Origin: Patescibacteria group bacterium
GTDB lineage: Bacteria; Patescibacteriota; JAQUNI01
Direction: 5' to 3'
Length of the DNA stretch: 64,000 nt
Assembly: GCA_028717685.1 (NCBI GenBank)
Contig: JAQUNI010000001.1
Span: 271,451 to 335,450 of the forward strand
This document shows, in pieces, positions 51,079 to 62,124 of the stretch. Numbering within the stretch: the stretch's first letter is position 1; every line of letters begins with the position of its first letter. The translations under genes were made by a program, and so were the position numbers. The notes below the pieces were generated by a model. The model searched no databases. It saw only the letters and a list, made by a program, of their open reading frames with translations, and was not told the DNA's origin.

Positions 51079-53091
51079 ATGCTATCCCCTTCCTCTCCCC
51101 TTTCCTCCCTCTATGGCGTGGGGGCGCAAAAACAAAAAGCTTTGAAAAAATTGGGTCTAGAAAAAATTCATGACCTAATTTTTTATTTCCCCTTTCGTTA
51201 TAATGATTTTAGTAAAATCGTTACCATCCGAGATTTGCAACCTGGAAAAATCATCACGGTCTTGGGAAAAATCCAAAAGATTCGGACGATCCGCACGCCG
51301 CGTAAAAGAATGTTTCTGACAGAGATAGAAGTGGCGGATGAAACCGGAGTCATTTCCTGCCTCTTTTTCAATCAGCCGTATCTCGCGGAGACTCTTAAAG
51401 AAGACATGCTTGTATATTTAAGCGGTCAAGCGGCATACGGGATTCCTTACTATACAATGCAGAATCCGGAATACGAAATCTACAAACCCCGCACTACGCA
51501 TACCGCTCGGATTGTTCCGATCTATAATGTGACCTACGGCATCTCGCCGAAATGGTTGCGCTATTTGGTAAGCCTGGTGATGCCCTCAATTCAAAAAATT
51601 CCTGATTATTTACCTTCTCAAATCCGGCAAAAATACCACTTCCTTCCTCTTGCCAAAGCCTTAACCGAGATTCATTTTCCTTCCACATTCCCCAAAATGG
51701 AGAAAGCAAAAAGGCGCCTTGCTTTTGATGAATTTTTTATCTTGCAAACCGCGGCTTTAGCATATAAAAAAAACTTAGCCAAACAAAAGGCGCCCTCCAT
51801 ACCTATGGATGTGAAACTCGCCCAGTCATTCGTTCGCTCTCTGCCTTTTCTTTTAACTTGCGACCAACGCAAATGCGCTTATGAGATTTTGAAAGATCTC
51901 GAAAAAACGCAGCCTATGAACCGTCTTTTAAACGGCGATGTGGGGAGCGGCAAGACCGTGGTCGCGGCAATGGCGCTACTGCAAACCGCGGCTGCCGGAT
52001 GGAATGCGGTTCTGATGGCGCCCACGGAAATTTTAGCCGAGCAGCATTTTCAAGAAATCTCCCGTTTGCTCCAAAAATTTAAAATAAAAATTGGCCTTTC
52101 AACCGGCGCAAAAAAAATAAAACTAGAAGCCCAAATCTTAATTGGCACCCACGCTTTGATTCAAAAAAAGGCGCGGCTTAAAAATTTGGGATTAGTGGTC
52201 GTGGATGAACAGCACCGCTTTGGCGTAAAGCAACGCGGGGAGCTTCAGCATAAAACGACCTCCCTTATTCCCCACTTTCTTTCTATGACCGCCACGCCGA
52301 TCCCCCGCTCGCTTGCCCTCACCCTCTATGGCGACTTGGATATCTCGCTTATTCGGGAAATGCCCCCGGGGCGCAAAAAAGTAATCACCAAAATCGTTCC
52401 TCCCGAAAAAAGAAATCTCGCTTATGAATTTATCCGCAAAAAGATCCAGGCTCACGAACAGGTCTTTGTGGTCTGCCCCCTCATTTTGGAATCTGACAAA
52501 CTCGGCGTGAAATCCGCGACTAAAGAGTACGAAAAACTGCGAAAAGAAATTTTTCCGGAATTTAAAATCGGCCTGCTCCACGGCAAACTGAAAACAGGAG
52601 AAAAAGAAAAGGTGATGATGGATTTCAAAGCGGGTCACACCAAAATTTTAGTCGCCACCGCAGTGGTGGAAGTAGGGATTGATGTGCGAAACGCCACGAT
52701 TATGATGATTGAAGGGGCGGAACGATTTGGTCTTGCTTCTCTGCACCAGTTTCGCGGCCGGGTGGGACGCGGCGAGAAACAAGCCTACACTTTTGTTTTC
52801 ACGGAATCAAACGAGCCAAGGACTTTAAAAAGATTGAAGGCGCTGGTTTCGGCGCGTGATGGTTTTGAGCTGGCAGAATATGATTTGCAATTTCGCGGTC
52901 CAGGCGAAATTTACGGCACGCGCCAAGCGGGTTATTTAGATTTAAAAATCGGCTCTCTTTGGGATTTAGATTTAATCAAAACCGCAAGGCAGGAGGCGAA
53001 AGAGCTTTTAGAAAAGAATCCAAACCTAAATAAATATCCCCTCCTCCAAGAAAAAATAACAAAAAAACTAAGCGAGATTAGCTTAGTATAA
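51079..53091 (+). CDS. recG: ATP-dependent DNA helicase RecG
   Basis: GDVGSGKT, DEQHRFGV, MTATPIPR, HQFRGRVGRG, DLQFRGPG; start trimmed to MLSPS. Confidence 0.97.
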   Translation: MLSPSSPLSSLYGVGAQKQKALKKLGLEKIHDLIFYFPFRYNDFSKIVTIRDLQPGKIITVLGKIQKIRTIRTPRKRMFLTEIEVADETGVISCLFFNQPYLAETLKEDMLVYLSGQAAYGIPYYTMQNPEYEIYKPRTTHTARIVPIYNVTYGISPKWLRYLVSLVMPSIQKIPDYLPSQIRQKYHFLPLAKALTEIHFPSTFPKMEKAKRRLAFDEFFILQTAALAYKKNLAKQKAPSIPMDVKLAQSFVRSLPFLLTCDQRKCAYEILKDLEKTQPMNRLLNGDVGSGKTVVAAMALLQTAAAGWNAVLMAPTEILAEQHFQEISRLLQKFKIKIGLSTGAKKIKLEAQILIGTHALIQKKARLKNLGLVVVDEQHRFGVKQRGELQHKTTSLIPHFLSMTATPIPRSLALTLYGDLDISLIREMPPGRKKVITKIVPPEKRNLAYEFIRKKIQAHEQVFVVCPLILESDKLGVKSATKEYEKLRKEIFPEFKIGLLHGKLKTGEKEKVMMDFKAGHTKILVATAVVEVGIDVRNATIMMIEGAERFGLASLHQFRGRVGRGEKQAYTFVFTESNEPRTLKRLKALVSARDGFELAEYDLQFRGPGEIYGTRQAGYLDLKIGSLWDLDLIKTARQEAKELLEKNPNLNKYPLLQEKITKKLSEISLV

Positions 53092-53282
53092 AAAAAGACC
53101 CCTTTTAGAAAACAATGGCAGAAAATCTTTTCATTCAACTATTTATATCGTCTCTAAATGGGGGCTGTAATGGGGAGGCGCAGGGAAAACCTCGGGTTGC
53201 GGCGGCATGGGGTATTACACCAAAGATTATTTCCCTTTGCCTTGACTCTATTATATTACATATCCTTAAAATTTGTCAAATC

Positions 53283-53310
53283 TTGACATTTACAATGATT
53301 CAGTTATAGT
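53283..53310 (+). promoter_or_regulatory. Sigma70-type promoter (back-to-back with a minus-strand one at 53252-53279)
   Basis: TTGACA, 16 nt spacer, TATAGT. Confidence 0.55.
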
Positions 53311-53500
53311 GAAAGTAATGGATCTTTATGTCTTTGGCGATTCTCTCGCTAAGAAGACACAACTGCAACCGGAGGCACGATATGAACGCTATTTGGATTC
53401 GTGATCACCACCCCCCCTGATTTTGCTCCTATCTTACTTATCTTTTTGGAAGGTATTATGAAATGCGGCAATGGCAAAAAGTGTAAGAAGGAGCGGAACA

Positions 53501-53968
53501 ATGTCGAAGAACTATGACCAAAGGATAGATGAATGCACTGGGAGTGCGTTCACTGCGGAAATTTTGCATTTAGGAAATGGTGTCCACGTCACTGCCCATC
53601 AAAAGGCAGAAGAAGACAGGAACCACAGGATGAGATTAAGGGAATTAGAAACGTATACTGTAGATTTAGAACTGCCTGAAGCAGTAAAAAACCGTGGATG
53701 GTTTCCTGTTGTACAAAGTGGATCTTTTAAGATCGTTAAAGATCCGCGGGGAATTATTCCCCTGAACGGAGAAATTCCTCAAATAACGTCGGAGCAGGCT
53801 CAAAATGTCCTTTTTTTGTCCCGCAACACAATTGTTCAAAGTGGAATAGATAAATATGGTGGCATGATGCTGACTAAGACTGAAGTGCCTTACAGTGAAA
53901 TTATAGATTATATGAATAAGGCTAGAGTCTTTAATATTTGCCATGAGGCAAATAAGCTTGGTCTATAA
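53501..53968 (+). CDS. Orphan hypothetical protein
   Basis: AAGGAG SD before MSKNY; no recognisable motif. Confidence 0.6.
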   Translation: MSKNYDQRIDECTGSAFTAEILHLGNGVHVTAHQKAEEDRNHRMRLRELETYTVDLELPEAVKNRGWFPVVQSGSFKIVKDPRGIIPLNGEIPQITSEQAQNVLFLSRNTIVQSGIDKYGGMMLTKTEVPYSEIIDYMNKARVFNICHEANKLGL

Positions 53969-54169
53969 CCTCCCTTGGATTCCCGCTGGAATTTAATTTT
54001 ATTGCGAGGGAATAGCAACAAAGACAACGCCATACCTAAACTGGATTGTGCAGGTATGGCTATTTTTTCTAAAAATAAAAACAAAAAATACGGGCTTTTG
54101 AGGCCCGATTTTTTATTTGGTGAAAAGGGTGCCTGTCCGCTATGCTCTTAGCGGCAGCATGGCAGGCGG

Positions 54170-54347
54170 GAGACCTCTTCTAACTCCCCACAGGTCAAGG
54201 GAAGGAAGATTTTCACTCCCCCTGCCCGAGGGGGAGATGGAGGGGGTGGGAGCTTCAGAACCCCTCCCATCCTCCCCCTTGGAAAGGGGAGGTGAAATGC
54301 ACTCCCCCTTCCACCCTAAGAGCGGACACAGTGGCAAGAGGGAGGGT
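54170..54347. repeat. Cluster of CTCCCC(T)-N-(A)GGGGAG hairpin repeats
   Basis: Related clusters at about 13741-13810, 19048-19115, 27360-27425 and 59683-59768. Confidence 0.7.
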
Positions 54348-54357
54348 ATTATTACAT

Positions 54358-55701
54358 TTATTTTACTTTCTCAATTGCTTCCTGAATTGTGTTGACCTTA
54401 ATAATTTCCATTCCTCCTGTGTTTTGAAGAGTAGAAAAAGAGGGTAAAATTATTTTCTTAAACCCTAAAATCGCCGCTTCTTTAATTCTTTTTTCTATAT
54501 TATTTACCCGACGCACCTCGCCCGATAAGCCCACTTCACCCAGGGCGATTAAGTCCGAAGGCAAGGGCTTATCCGTGAGGGAGGAAAAAATCGCCAAGGC
54601 AATCGCTAAATCAATGGCGGGTTCAGCCACGCGAAATCCGCCGGCGATATTAGCATAAATATCCTGATTAGCGAGCCGCAATTTAGCTCTCTTGCTTAAA
54701 ACCGCAATAATAAGTTCCAAACGCCGAGCATTAATGCCGGAAGCCGCTCTTTTCGGATAACCAAAAATAGTCGTGGTGCATAGCGCCTGCACCTCCACTA
54801 AAAAAACACGCACGCCCTCAATAGTGGCGGTAACGCAAGAGCCGGGCAAACCCTCCCGCCGTTCCTCTAAAAAAATTTGGGAAGGATTTTTGACCTCTGC
54901 CAAACCTTGCCCCGTCATTTCAAAAACGCCGGTTTCGTCCGTCGCACCAAAACGGTTTTTTACGCCACGCAAAATGCGAAAAGTATGGTAACGCTCCCCT
55001 TCTAAATACAAAACTACATCTACTAAATGCTCCAGGGTTTTAGGTCCCGCGACATTGCCTTCTTTGGTCACATGACCAATTAAAAAAATCGGGATATTAT
55101 TTGTTTTCGCCACTTGAGCGAGCTTTTGCGTCGCGAGGCGCACTTGGGTGATACCGCCGGCTTCGCCTGGAATGTCTTCAGAAGACATTGTTTGAATGGA
55201 ATCAATCACCGCCAAAGACGGCTTCAAACTTTCTATGGTGGCGCAAACCGCGTCAATATTCCGCTCTCCCAGAAAGATAAGTTCGCCCGCGGGAAAACCT
55301 AAGCGGTCGGCGCGCAATTTCACTTGAGCGCCTGATTCTTCGCCGGAGACATAGAGAACCTTCTTCAACTCGCTAACCCTGCTTGCGGCTTGCAAAATCA
55401 AAGTGGATTTGCCAATCCCGGGCTCTCCGCCTAACAAAATAAGGGATCCTGGAACAATCCCTCCGCCTAAAACCCGGTCAAATTCGGAAAAATAAGTAGT
55501 AAGCCGTGTAAAATCTGTGTTTTGGATATCGCCTAAAACTTCTGTGGCGGCTGGGAGAGCGGCGCTTTTCGCGTTCCGCACTTCCCCTCTTGCCTCCGCC
55601 ACTAAACTATTCCACTCCCCGCAAGTCGTGCATCTTCCCTGCCAAGTCAAAAACTCGGCTCCGCACTTAGAACAGATATAAATTGTCTTGACCTTGCTCA
55701 T
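54358..55701 (-). CDS. radA: DNA repair protein RadA/Sms
   Basis: CSKCG...CTTCGEWN, GEPGIGKST, KNRFG. Confidence 0.97.
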   Translation of the reverse strand: MSKVKTIYICSKCGAEFLTWQGRCTTCGEWNSLVAEARGEVRNAKSAALPAATEVLGDIQNTDFTRLTTYFSEFDRVLGGGIVPGSLILLGGEPGIGKSTLILQAASRVSELKKVLYVSGEESGAQVKLRADRLGFPAGELIFLGERNIDAVCATIESLKPSLAVIDSIQTMSSEDIPGEAGGITQVRLATQKLAQVAKTNNIPIFLIGHVTKEGNVAGPKTLEHLVDVVLYLEGERYHTFRILRGVKNRFGATDETGVFEMTGQGLAEVKNPSQIFLEERREGLPGSCVTATIEGVRVFLVEVQALCTTTIFGYPKRAASGINARRLELIIAVLSKRAKLRLANQDIYANIAGGFRVAEPAIDLAIALAIFSSLTDKPLPSDLIALGEVGLSGEVRRVNNIEKRIKEAAILGFKKIILPSFSTLQNTGGMEIIKVNTIQEAIEKVK

Positions 55702-55944
55702 TTTTCCAGAAATCAATACTATCTTATTATTCTAAACAGCTTAATTAAAAATGTAAAATGCAAAATTAAAAATTACAATTCAAAATTTAAAAATTAACTT
55801 TGTAAAACCCAAATCAAATTGTCGTCCCATTAATCTCTAAAAGATAACAAAAATCAATTTTAAACCTTAAACTGTAATTTTGCCACGCCCGCCATGCTAG
55901 CCTAAGCGGCTAGATTAGACGTTGCGGACGGGCATTTTAAACTT

Positions 55945-56835
55945 TTAATTTTGAACTTTATTTAGCTCTGCCTCTATGATTCCGCTCAACTCTTCAAACG
56001 ACACTGCTCCCTCCACTTTTTGATTATTCACAAACAATGTCGGGGTGGCGGAAATGCCGGCGGAAATGCCGGCATCTAAATCTTCCATTATTTTCAACTT
56101 CGATTCACCCTGATTCATGCAGGTATTGAATTTTGTCATTTCCAAACCCGCTTTTTCCGCTAAGGAGGCAAGAAGGCTTTCGGTAATACGGGCGCTGTTC
56201 GCGAAAATTAAATCGTGGAGCTCCCAAAACTTGCCCTGCTCCCACGCGCATTCCCCCATCTCGTGCGCCAGCGGGGAAAGAGGATGGATATTTTCAATCG
56301 GTAAATCCCGAAAAACAAATTTCACCCGCGTGCCATACTTACTTTTTAATTGAGGCAAGGCGGTCTTGGCAAACTCGGCGCAATAGGGGCATAAAAAATC
56401 AGAAAATTCCACAATGGTTACTTTGGCGCCCTCCGGCCCCCACGAAGGATTCCCTTCGCCGGCTAAATTATTATATCCCGCGCTTCCCGCCACCATTTGG
56501 GACGGATTATCAGCGCTTGGCGCGGAAGGAGCGGCTTCCGTCCCTTCTTCTATTGTTGTTTCGCCGGCGGTATTCTCACTTTTAGCGCGGGCTAAATAAC
56601 TGTTTTCCGGGGTCTGCAACGCGTGTATTCCCTCCTCATCATAGGCGAAAAGTTTGCCTTGGTCCACATTGTCCGTGTTTGGACTCACGACTTCAGCTAA
56701 ATTCCCCCCCATTTGCGTTCCTAACGCACTAAAAGAAATCTGCCGGCTCTTCATCCCTCGCCAAAAAAGAACTCCGCCGCCAACGGCGGTTAGAGTGATA
56801 ACTAGAAGGATAACTTTATCTAAACGATGAATCAT
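55945..56835 (-). CDS. DsbA-family thiol-disulfide oxidoreductase
   Basis: N-terminal TM; EFSDFLCPYC; ATPT cis-Pro loop. Confidence 0.92.
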   Translation of the reverse strand: MIHRLDKVILLVITLTAVGGGVLFWRGMKSRQISFSALGTQMGGNLAEVVSPNTDNVDQGKLFAYDEEGIHALQTPENSYLARAKSENTAGETTIEEGTEAAPSAPSADNPSQMVAGSAGYNNLAGEGNPSWGPEGAKVTIVEFSDFLCPYCAEFAKTALPQLKSKYGTRVKFVFRDLPIENIHPLSPLAHEMGECAWEQGKFWELHDLIFANSARITESLLASLAEKAGLEMTKFNTCMNQGESKLKIMEDLDAGISAGISATPTLFVNNQKVEGAVSFEELSGIIEAELNKVQN

Positions 56836-56996
56836 ATCTGAAGATTACTGAATAAAAAGTGTTAAGTTTAAATCTTGTAACTTGTAACTCATAACCTATA
56901 ACTCAAGCACTTTCCTTCTTGTGTTACAAGTTACAAGTTTCAAGTTACAAATCCTTTATCTAAATTTTACGTTTTTCGTTCTACATTGTGCGCTAT

Positions 56997-58139
56997 TTAA
57001 TCCAACCTTAATGCATACACCCCGTTACCCGCGTCGGTAAAATAAAGTTTGTCTTCGGTGGATGAAAGCCAAAGGTTAGTGGCGTCAAATCTCGCGTCCG
57101 ATTCGGATTCATCATAAAGTTTTCGCTTTTCCCCGGTTTTGGTATTGATTTCCCAAAAATTATCAATGCTTTCATCGTCCACGCTCGCTTGCGCGCCAAG
57201 GGGCTCTGAAGGCACGGCGCAATAAAGCTTCTCACTCGTTTTATTCCAGACGCATTTCTCAATAAAGCTCTTGATCCCTAAATTATAATTGTTCGTCCCG
57301 GTCAAGTCAACGACCCAGAGATATTGTTCATAATTCTCCGCCGATACCGCCTCGTAAAGCAAACGACTGCCGTCCCGGCTCCACTTTGCTTTTTCGCCAT
57401 AGCCTTCTAAGCGGATCGGGACGCCCGCCGCCCCATCCTTATAAACCAGATAGACGCTGCGTTCCGCCCCGTAAGCGTAATTCTGCAATATCGCCACGGG
57501 TCCGTTTAATTGCGGCGAACTTCCGGCAAGCAGCTTGGCATAACCTAAATCCTTAATCTTTTCCCAGTTATTGCCATCCGCGTCCGCGATAATGAGCTGC
57601 CTTTCCCCTTCGTTTTCCTGCCACTCGTATACAATCTTAGTACCGTCGGCAAACCAGGAAAACTGGGTCGCGGCGGGCATTAGTTTAGTGGACTGACCCG
57701 TCCCCACATTAAAATGATAATGATCGCCATTCCCGAAACCCAGAATCGCCTGCGTCTTGTCCGGAGACCAAATTACCTCGCTGACATTAGTAAAAACACT
57801 GTCGCTGTAAGGAACGGCTTCTCTGCCATCTTGCAAGACGCGAAAAAACTTGCCTTGATCAACATCATAATAAACAATTTCATTGCCTTTCAAAGCGAAA
57901 CTTAAAACGCGATTCTCCACAACCTGGGTTACTTTAGAAACCTCGGGCACAATGGTTTGACCATTCGCTTGCGCTGGCGCCGTCGCTTGCGGCTCCGCAA
58001 CGGGAGCGGACGCGGAAGGGGCAGGAGGTAATTTTTGCGGCGGACTGGAAAAAAATAAAAGATAAATAAGCGATCCTAAAATCACCAGAATTAAAACGCC
58101 AATAATGATAAGGAAAACTTTACGGGACATAGTAGACAA
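56997..58139 (-). CDS. Membrane-anchored TolB-like beta-propeller protein
   Basis: TM, Pro/Ala linker, WSPD/WFADG/WSRDG blades, LYCAVP. Confidence 0.75.
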   Translation of the reverse strand: MSTMSRKVFLIIIGVLILVILGSLIYLLFFSSPPQKLPPAPSASAPVAEPQATAPAQANGQTIVPEVSKVTQVVENRVLSFALKGNEIVYYDVDQGKFFRVLQDGREAVPYSDSVFTNVSEVIWSPDKTQAILGFGNGDHYHFNVGTGQSTKLMPAATQFSWFADGTKIVYEWQENEGERQLIIADADGNNWEKIKDLGYAKLLAGSSPQLNGPVAILQNYAYGAERSVYLVYKDGAAGVPIRLEGYGEKAKWSRDGSRLLYEAVSAENYEQYLWVVDLTGTNNYNLGIKSFIEKCVWNKTSEKLYCAVPSEPLGAQASVDDESIDNFWEINTKTGEKRKLYDESESDARFDATNLWLSSTEDKLYFTDAGNGVYALRLD

Positions 58140-58388
58140 ATTAAAATGTAAAAATCTCCACCCTAGACGGATCGGCCTCGGGCCGAAAAATTAAAATGAC
58201 AGTGTAAAATTTTAAAATGAGAATTCACCATTTAAGATTTCATTGGAGGTCGCGCGAAAGCGCGACACGAGTCAGTGTCAGACTTTCGTCTTTACAGGGC
58301 CTTCGGTCTGACCTCCAAAGCGCGACGCGGTAAATACCGTGGCATGGATTCCCCTAAAATCAAGTTTTTTACTTAGCACAATCCATAA

Positions 58389-59609
58389 TTATTGTGTTTG
58401 TAACAGAACTGTATTGCACTTATAGTTATTACCATCTTTTTGACAAAGTCCATACTGGCCGCCTATTGCTTGTTGGCAAGCTCTTTCCATTGCAACATCT
58501 TTATCCGTACACTGCCGTGTGGGTTCGGAGGGGGATATTAACAGATGCGAGCTGCCATTGAAGCAAACTGCTGTCGGCGGCTTACTCCAATCAGCTGGGT
58601 TAATAGGTTTTCCGTGGCATTTTTCCCTTAAATCCTCTGTCCCCTTGTTAGAATCTCCACTACAGGTAGGGGAACAAATCTCGGTTAAACTAGAACATAG
58701 ATTTTTTCCTCCCAGGCAAAAACCATCTTTACCGTCTTTTTTACAAGGATACATTCCCTTGCAATTCAGATCTGGCACATCCTTGAGACGGGTGAAGCCG
58801 CATTCTGTGTCGTTGGTGCAAAGACTCTGAATATCTAGACATGTCACCACACCAACTTCTTCCAAACAAGTTCCCTGCTTATTGGTATTGATGGCGGTGT
58901 AGCAGGCCTTATTTTTACAAATAGTTTTCGGATTGCCATTGCATTCTTCAGCGCAATTGGTTTTGTCGACATCACAAGCGCAAATGCCGCCAACATTGGA
59001 TTGTGGCGCGCAATAGCCCGGTATGGCACCCTTTTTACAAACATCTCCTACTCGCTTTTTCAAGGCAGGACTGCATTCTGGCACCGAATCCGTGGGGCAG
59101 AAGGCGGCGCCGGCTGAATTATCTTGCTCAATCTTAGTCACTGCCTCCCTCAAACTCTCGGACAGCTTTTCGTTGTCCCACGTCAAATTAATTAAATCAG
59201 GATTCACAAACCTCAACAGGACAAAAGACGTTAAACCCAAAGCCAAGCCGCCGATAGCGTAAAAAATACGGGTCTTCGCTTGTTTCGCCTGATCCCCGCC
59301 CAAAGAGGTTAGGTATTGATAACCGCCGACCATTATCATCACCACTCCCGCGATCGCCATTAAGACTAAACCCAAGTCATAAAGAATGAAAATTAAAACC
59401 ACGGGATTTTTAATACAGCGGCCGTTCTGTGTGTAGTCTTTCAACGATCCTAACCCTGTCAAATTTCTATCAAATACAACTGGAAGGGGAAATTTTAACC
59501 AAGTCCCTTCCGTCTTTTCGCATTCTGTTTGAGTTGCGCGGCTGACGCTAGGCATAGCCAAACCGCCAAGGAAAATCACCAAGAAAATAAGGAAAAAATA
59601 TTTTTTCAT
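58389..59609 (-). CDS. VirB2/TrbC-like pilin domain with Cys-rich C-terminal extension
   Basis: Start MKKYFF; IMVGGYQYLTSLGG...AKQAKTRIFYAIGGL...VNPDL; many Cys after it. Confidence 0.8.
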   Translation of the reverse strand: MKKYFFLIFLVIFLGGLAMPSVSRATQTECEKTEGTWLKFPLPVVFDRNLTGLGSLKDYTQNGRCIKNPVVLIFILYDLGLVLMAIAGVVMIMVGGYQYLTSLGGDQAKQAKTRIFYAIGGLALGLTSFVLLRFVNPDLINLTWDNEKLSESLREAVTKIEQDNSAGAAFCPTDSVPECSPALKKRVGDVCKKGAIPGYCAPQSNVGGICACDVDKTNCAEECNGNPKTICKNKACYTAINTNKQGTCLEEVGVVTCLDIQSLCTNDTECGFTRLKDVPDLNCKGMYPCKKDGKDGFCLGGKNLCSSLTEICSPTCSGDSNKGTEDLREKCHGKPINPADWSKPPTAVCFNGSSHLLISPSEPTRQCTDKDVAMERACQQAIGGQYGLCQKDGNNYKCNTVLLQTQ

Positions 59610-59830
59610 AAGAATTTGTGTTTTGAGATTTGAGTGCTGTGAATTATGGAACTTTCGTAAAATCATAAAATATTCATGAGGAGCCTCTCCCTCCCCCTCT
59701 TGTCTCCCCTCTTCGGGCAAGGGGAGTGAAAATCTTCCTCCCCTTGGAAAGCGGGAGGTGGGGTGGGGTTCTGGGTTTTTCCAAATAAAGTGAATTTCAT
59801 AATTCAAGATAAAAAATAGAATGCTGCAAA

Positions 59831-61339
59831 TTATGGCGGAGTCAAATTCTCCGCGCAATCACACTCCGCGTCCTTGATGCTCAAATGAATATGATTAGCA
59901 CTTGTGGTCTCGTTCAGAAAACCCGCGTCAAGATTCATCTGTGTGCCACACAAACTTGCTTCCGCCCTTAACCGGACATAGATTTGATCACCAATTTTAT
60001 TTCTTTTTGTGCTATCAACAGGTTGAACATCAAAAGCCACTGACTGGTTGCAATTATGCCCTCCATAATGGCAGGACCATTGACCATGGGCGCAGGCGGG
60101 ATCGGTCCAGTTATTTCCCTGACAGGTGGCAAGACCCGCGCCATCAGAAAGAGAGGTAACCTGCCAGGCATTAGTGTCAGCAGGAAAACCGCTATGAATA
60201 CAATTAATAAAATCAATGAGCTGCGGATCCGCTTCATTTAACTGACTACCCCCCGCGACCAAATTAGCTTGCCAGCCATTGGGCTCTCCCGTCTCGCCAG
60301 AAGATCCATAAGAAGAACCGCCCAGATTGCCATAGCCCATGCCCCCTGGCGTTTTAAAAACAGAGCAGAAAGCCTGACCCGAAGCAGTGCCGTCACAGTC
60401 TTTTTGCGCTTTGACATAAAAAACAATTACTACCACTAAGATAATGACTAATATAATAATTGCGATAATAAGAGCCACTAACCCGCCTCCTGCCACTATC
60501 GCGGCGCCCGCCCTTGCAAGAGCAGAACCTGCCGCCCTTCCTGCGCCTCCCGCAGCTCTTCCCGCGGCTCCCGCGGCCGGACCCGCTTTTGGCACGGCAG
60601 CTCGCGGCCGAAGTTTGGCAGGAACTTTGATTTTCGCAGGTTTTTTGGGCGCTATTTTCTCCGGCTGCCGCAACTCCTTCAAACGTCTCTGAAATTCTGC
60701 TTCTTTTCTTCTTTTTTTTATCTCTTTCTTACCCCTCTCTTCTGCCGCCTTCTTTATCCTGTCCATTATATCTTCGCCTTCCTCCTCTTCGCCTGCTCCC
60801 TCCCCCTCCACCTCCCCCTCGGGCAGGGGGAGAGCCTCTCCTTCCCCTTCTTCGCCCGCTCCCTCGCCCTCCCCTTCTTCCTCCGGAACTTCCCCGAATT
60901 CCGGGACTTCCTCTTTTTCCTCTTTCTCTTGGTCTGCCGCTGGCTTCTCCTCTTTCTCCTTGCCCACGCCCTGACCGGATAAAGCTTCTCTCCTTTTATA
61001 TTCTTCCTCCTGCCTTCTTGCTTCCTCTTCTCGTGCCGCTTGGCGGGCAAGATAGCTTTTCTTTTTTGCCTTTGCCGCTATTCCAGCCACCGCGGCTCCT
61101 ATTGCTACCTTTTTAATCCTGCGCCGCGCTGTGTCCCATTGCTTCTTATATTCCTCATCCAAAACGCCAGCAACCCCTTGATCTCCTTCCTCGGTAATGC
61201 GAGTATCTTTGCGCTTAATCGGGGTTCCGCGAGTCCCGCGTCCTACTGCCTTGAGCGACGCGGACTTTTGCACATCTATATCCATATTCTTACCGCTAAA
61301 ATCAATATTTTGTCCTTGAGAATTATCACGTTCTGCCAT
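59831..61339 (-). CDS. Membrane protein with acidic cytoplasmic region and C-terminal M15/LAS-type metallopeptidase-like domain
   Basis: Glu-rich region, Ala/Gly tract, long TM, then SCHYGG...AFD...NHIHLS. Confidence 0.6.
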   Translation of the reverse strand: MAERDNSQGQNIDFSGKNMDIDVQKSASLKAVGRGTRGTPIKRKDTRITEEGDQGVAGVLDEEYKKQWDTARRRIKKVAIGAAVAGIAAKAKKKSYLARQAAREEEARRQEEEYKRREALSGQGVGKEKEEKPAADQEKEEKEEVPEFGEVPEEEGEGEGAGEEGEGEALPLPEGEVEGEGAGEEEEGEDIMDRIKKAAEERGKKEIKKRRKEAEFQRRLKELRQPEKIAPKKPAKIKVPAKLRPRAAVPKAGPAAGAAGRAAGGAGRAAGSALARAGAAIVAGGGLVALIIAIIILVIILVVVIVFYVKAQKDCDGTASGQAFCSVFKTPGGMGYGNLGGSSYGSSGETGEPNGWQANLVAGGSQLNEADPQLIDFINCIHSGFPADTNAWQVTSLSDGAGLATCQGNNWTDPACAHGQWSCHYGGHNCNQSVAFDVQPVDSTKRNKIGDQIYVRLRAEASLCGTQMNLDAGFLNETTSANHIHLSIKDAECDCAENLTPP

Positions 61340-61357
61340 AATGTTTTTTAGAAAATT

Positions 61358-61954
61358 TTAATCCGCCCAAGAAGCGCGATCCACCCTCCATTCATCTTGA
61401 CCGGCGAGGTTCGTTTCCACGACCAAATTTAAAAGAAGATTGGCATAATGGCTCTCGCTTACTTCACCCCTTTGGATCGTGCGCTCGGTTACTGCTAAAA
61501 TCTTTGCTTGTTTCTTCTCTTGGCTCAAAACAACTGTTTCCAAGACCATGGTTTTCCATTCAAATGGTAAGCCGCTATATCGTTCAGCGCATTGTTCTTC
61601 AATGATGCCTTCAGACTCGGCGCGGAAACGGCCCGACATATAATCTAAAAGAGCTTTGATGTTTTGACAATTATCCGCGCTGGAAAAAGTGCCCCACACC
61701 TCCGTAAAATCGCGGGCTAAGGTTCTCAATTCTGATTCGGCATTTATCCCTTCATCAACAACATCCACGGCTTGCGGCGCTACGGGCAAAGACGGCGCGG
61801 AAGACGGGGTTGTCTCCGTCGCTATTCCCGAAGGAGTGATAGAAGGAGACGCGCTTCCATCCCCTGTTTTATTTTTGCAACCGAAACCCCCTGTCGTCAT
61901 CAGGATAAAACAGAGAGTCATAAAAATGGTGAATTTTTTATTTTTTAAAAGCAT
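61358..61954 (-). CDS. Lipoprotein with NTF2/VirB8-TcpC-like fold (T4SS-locus associated)
   Basis: Lipobox GFGC; ARDFTEVWGTFS...WRVD. Confidence 0.55.
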   Translation of the reverse strand: MLLKNKKFTIFMTLCFILMTTGGFGCKNKTGDGSASPSITPSGIATETTPSSAPSLPVAPQAVDVVDEGINAESELRTLARDFTEVWGTFSSADNCQNIKALLDYMSGRFRAESEGIIEEQCAERYSGLPFEWKTMVLETVVLSQEKKQAKILAVTERTIQRGEVSESHYANLLLNLVVETNLAGQDEWRVDRASWAD

Positions 61955-62124
61955 GCTTAAAGGATAATTTTCAATTTCTAATTTCTAATTTTTATTAAAT
62001 TTTCAATGAATCAATTTTTAATGCTTAAATAATTTAGAGGACTGAATAATTTCGAAAGACTGTTTAGAAATTTAAGAATTAAAAATTGATTAAAAATTAA
62101 AAAATAAAAATTAAAAATTTATCA

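Noticed and set aside
53382-53420. Poly-C phase-variable leader ORF after a GGAGG site
   Set aside because: Neither +1 nor -1 slippage joins it to the downstream ORF; stops intervene
54117-54395. ORFs of 92 aa (+) and 65 aa (-)
   Set aside because: Translations of the CTCCCC/GGGGAG hairpin repeat cluster; the same applies to the 59610-59858 extension and 13709-13966
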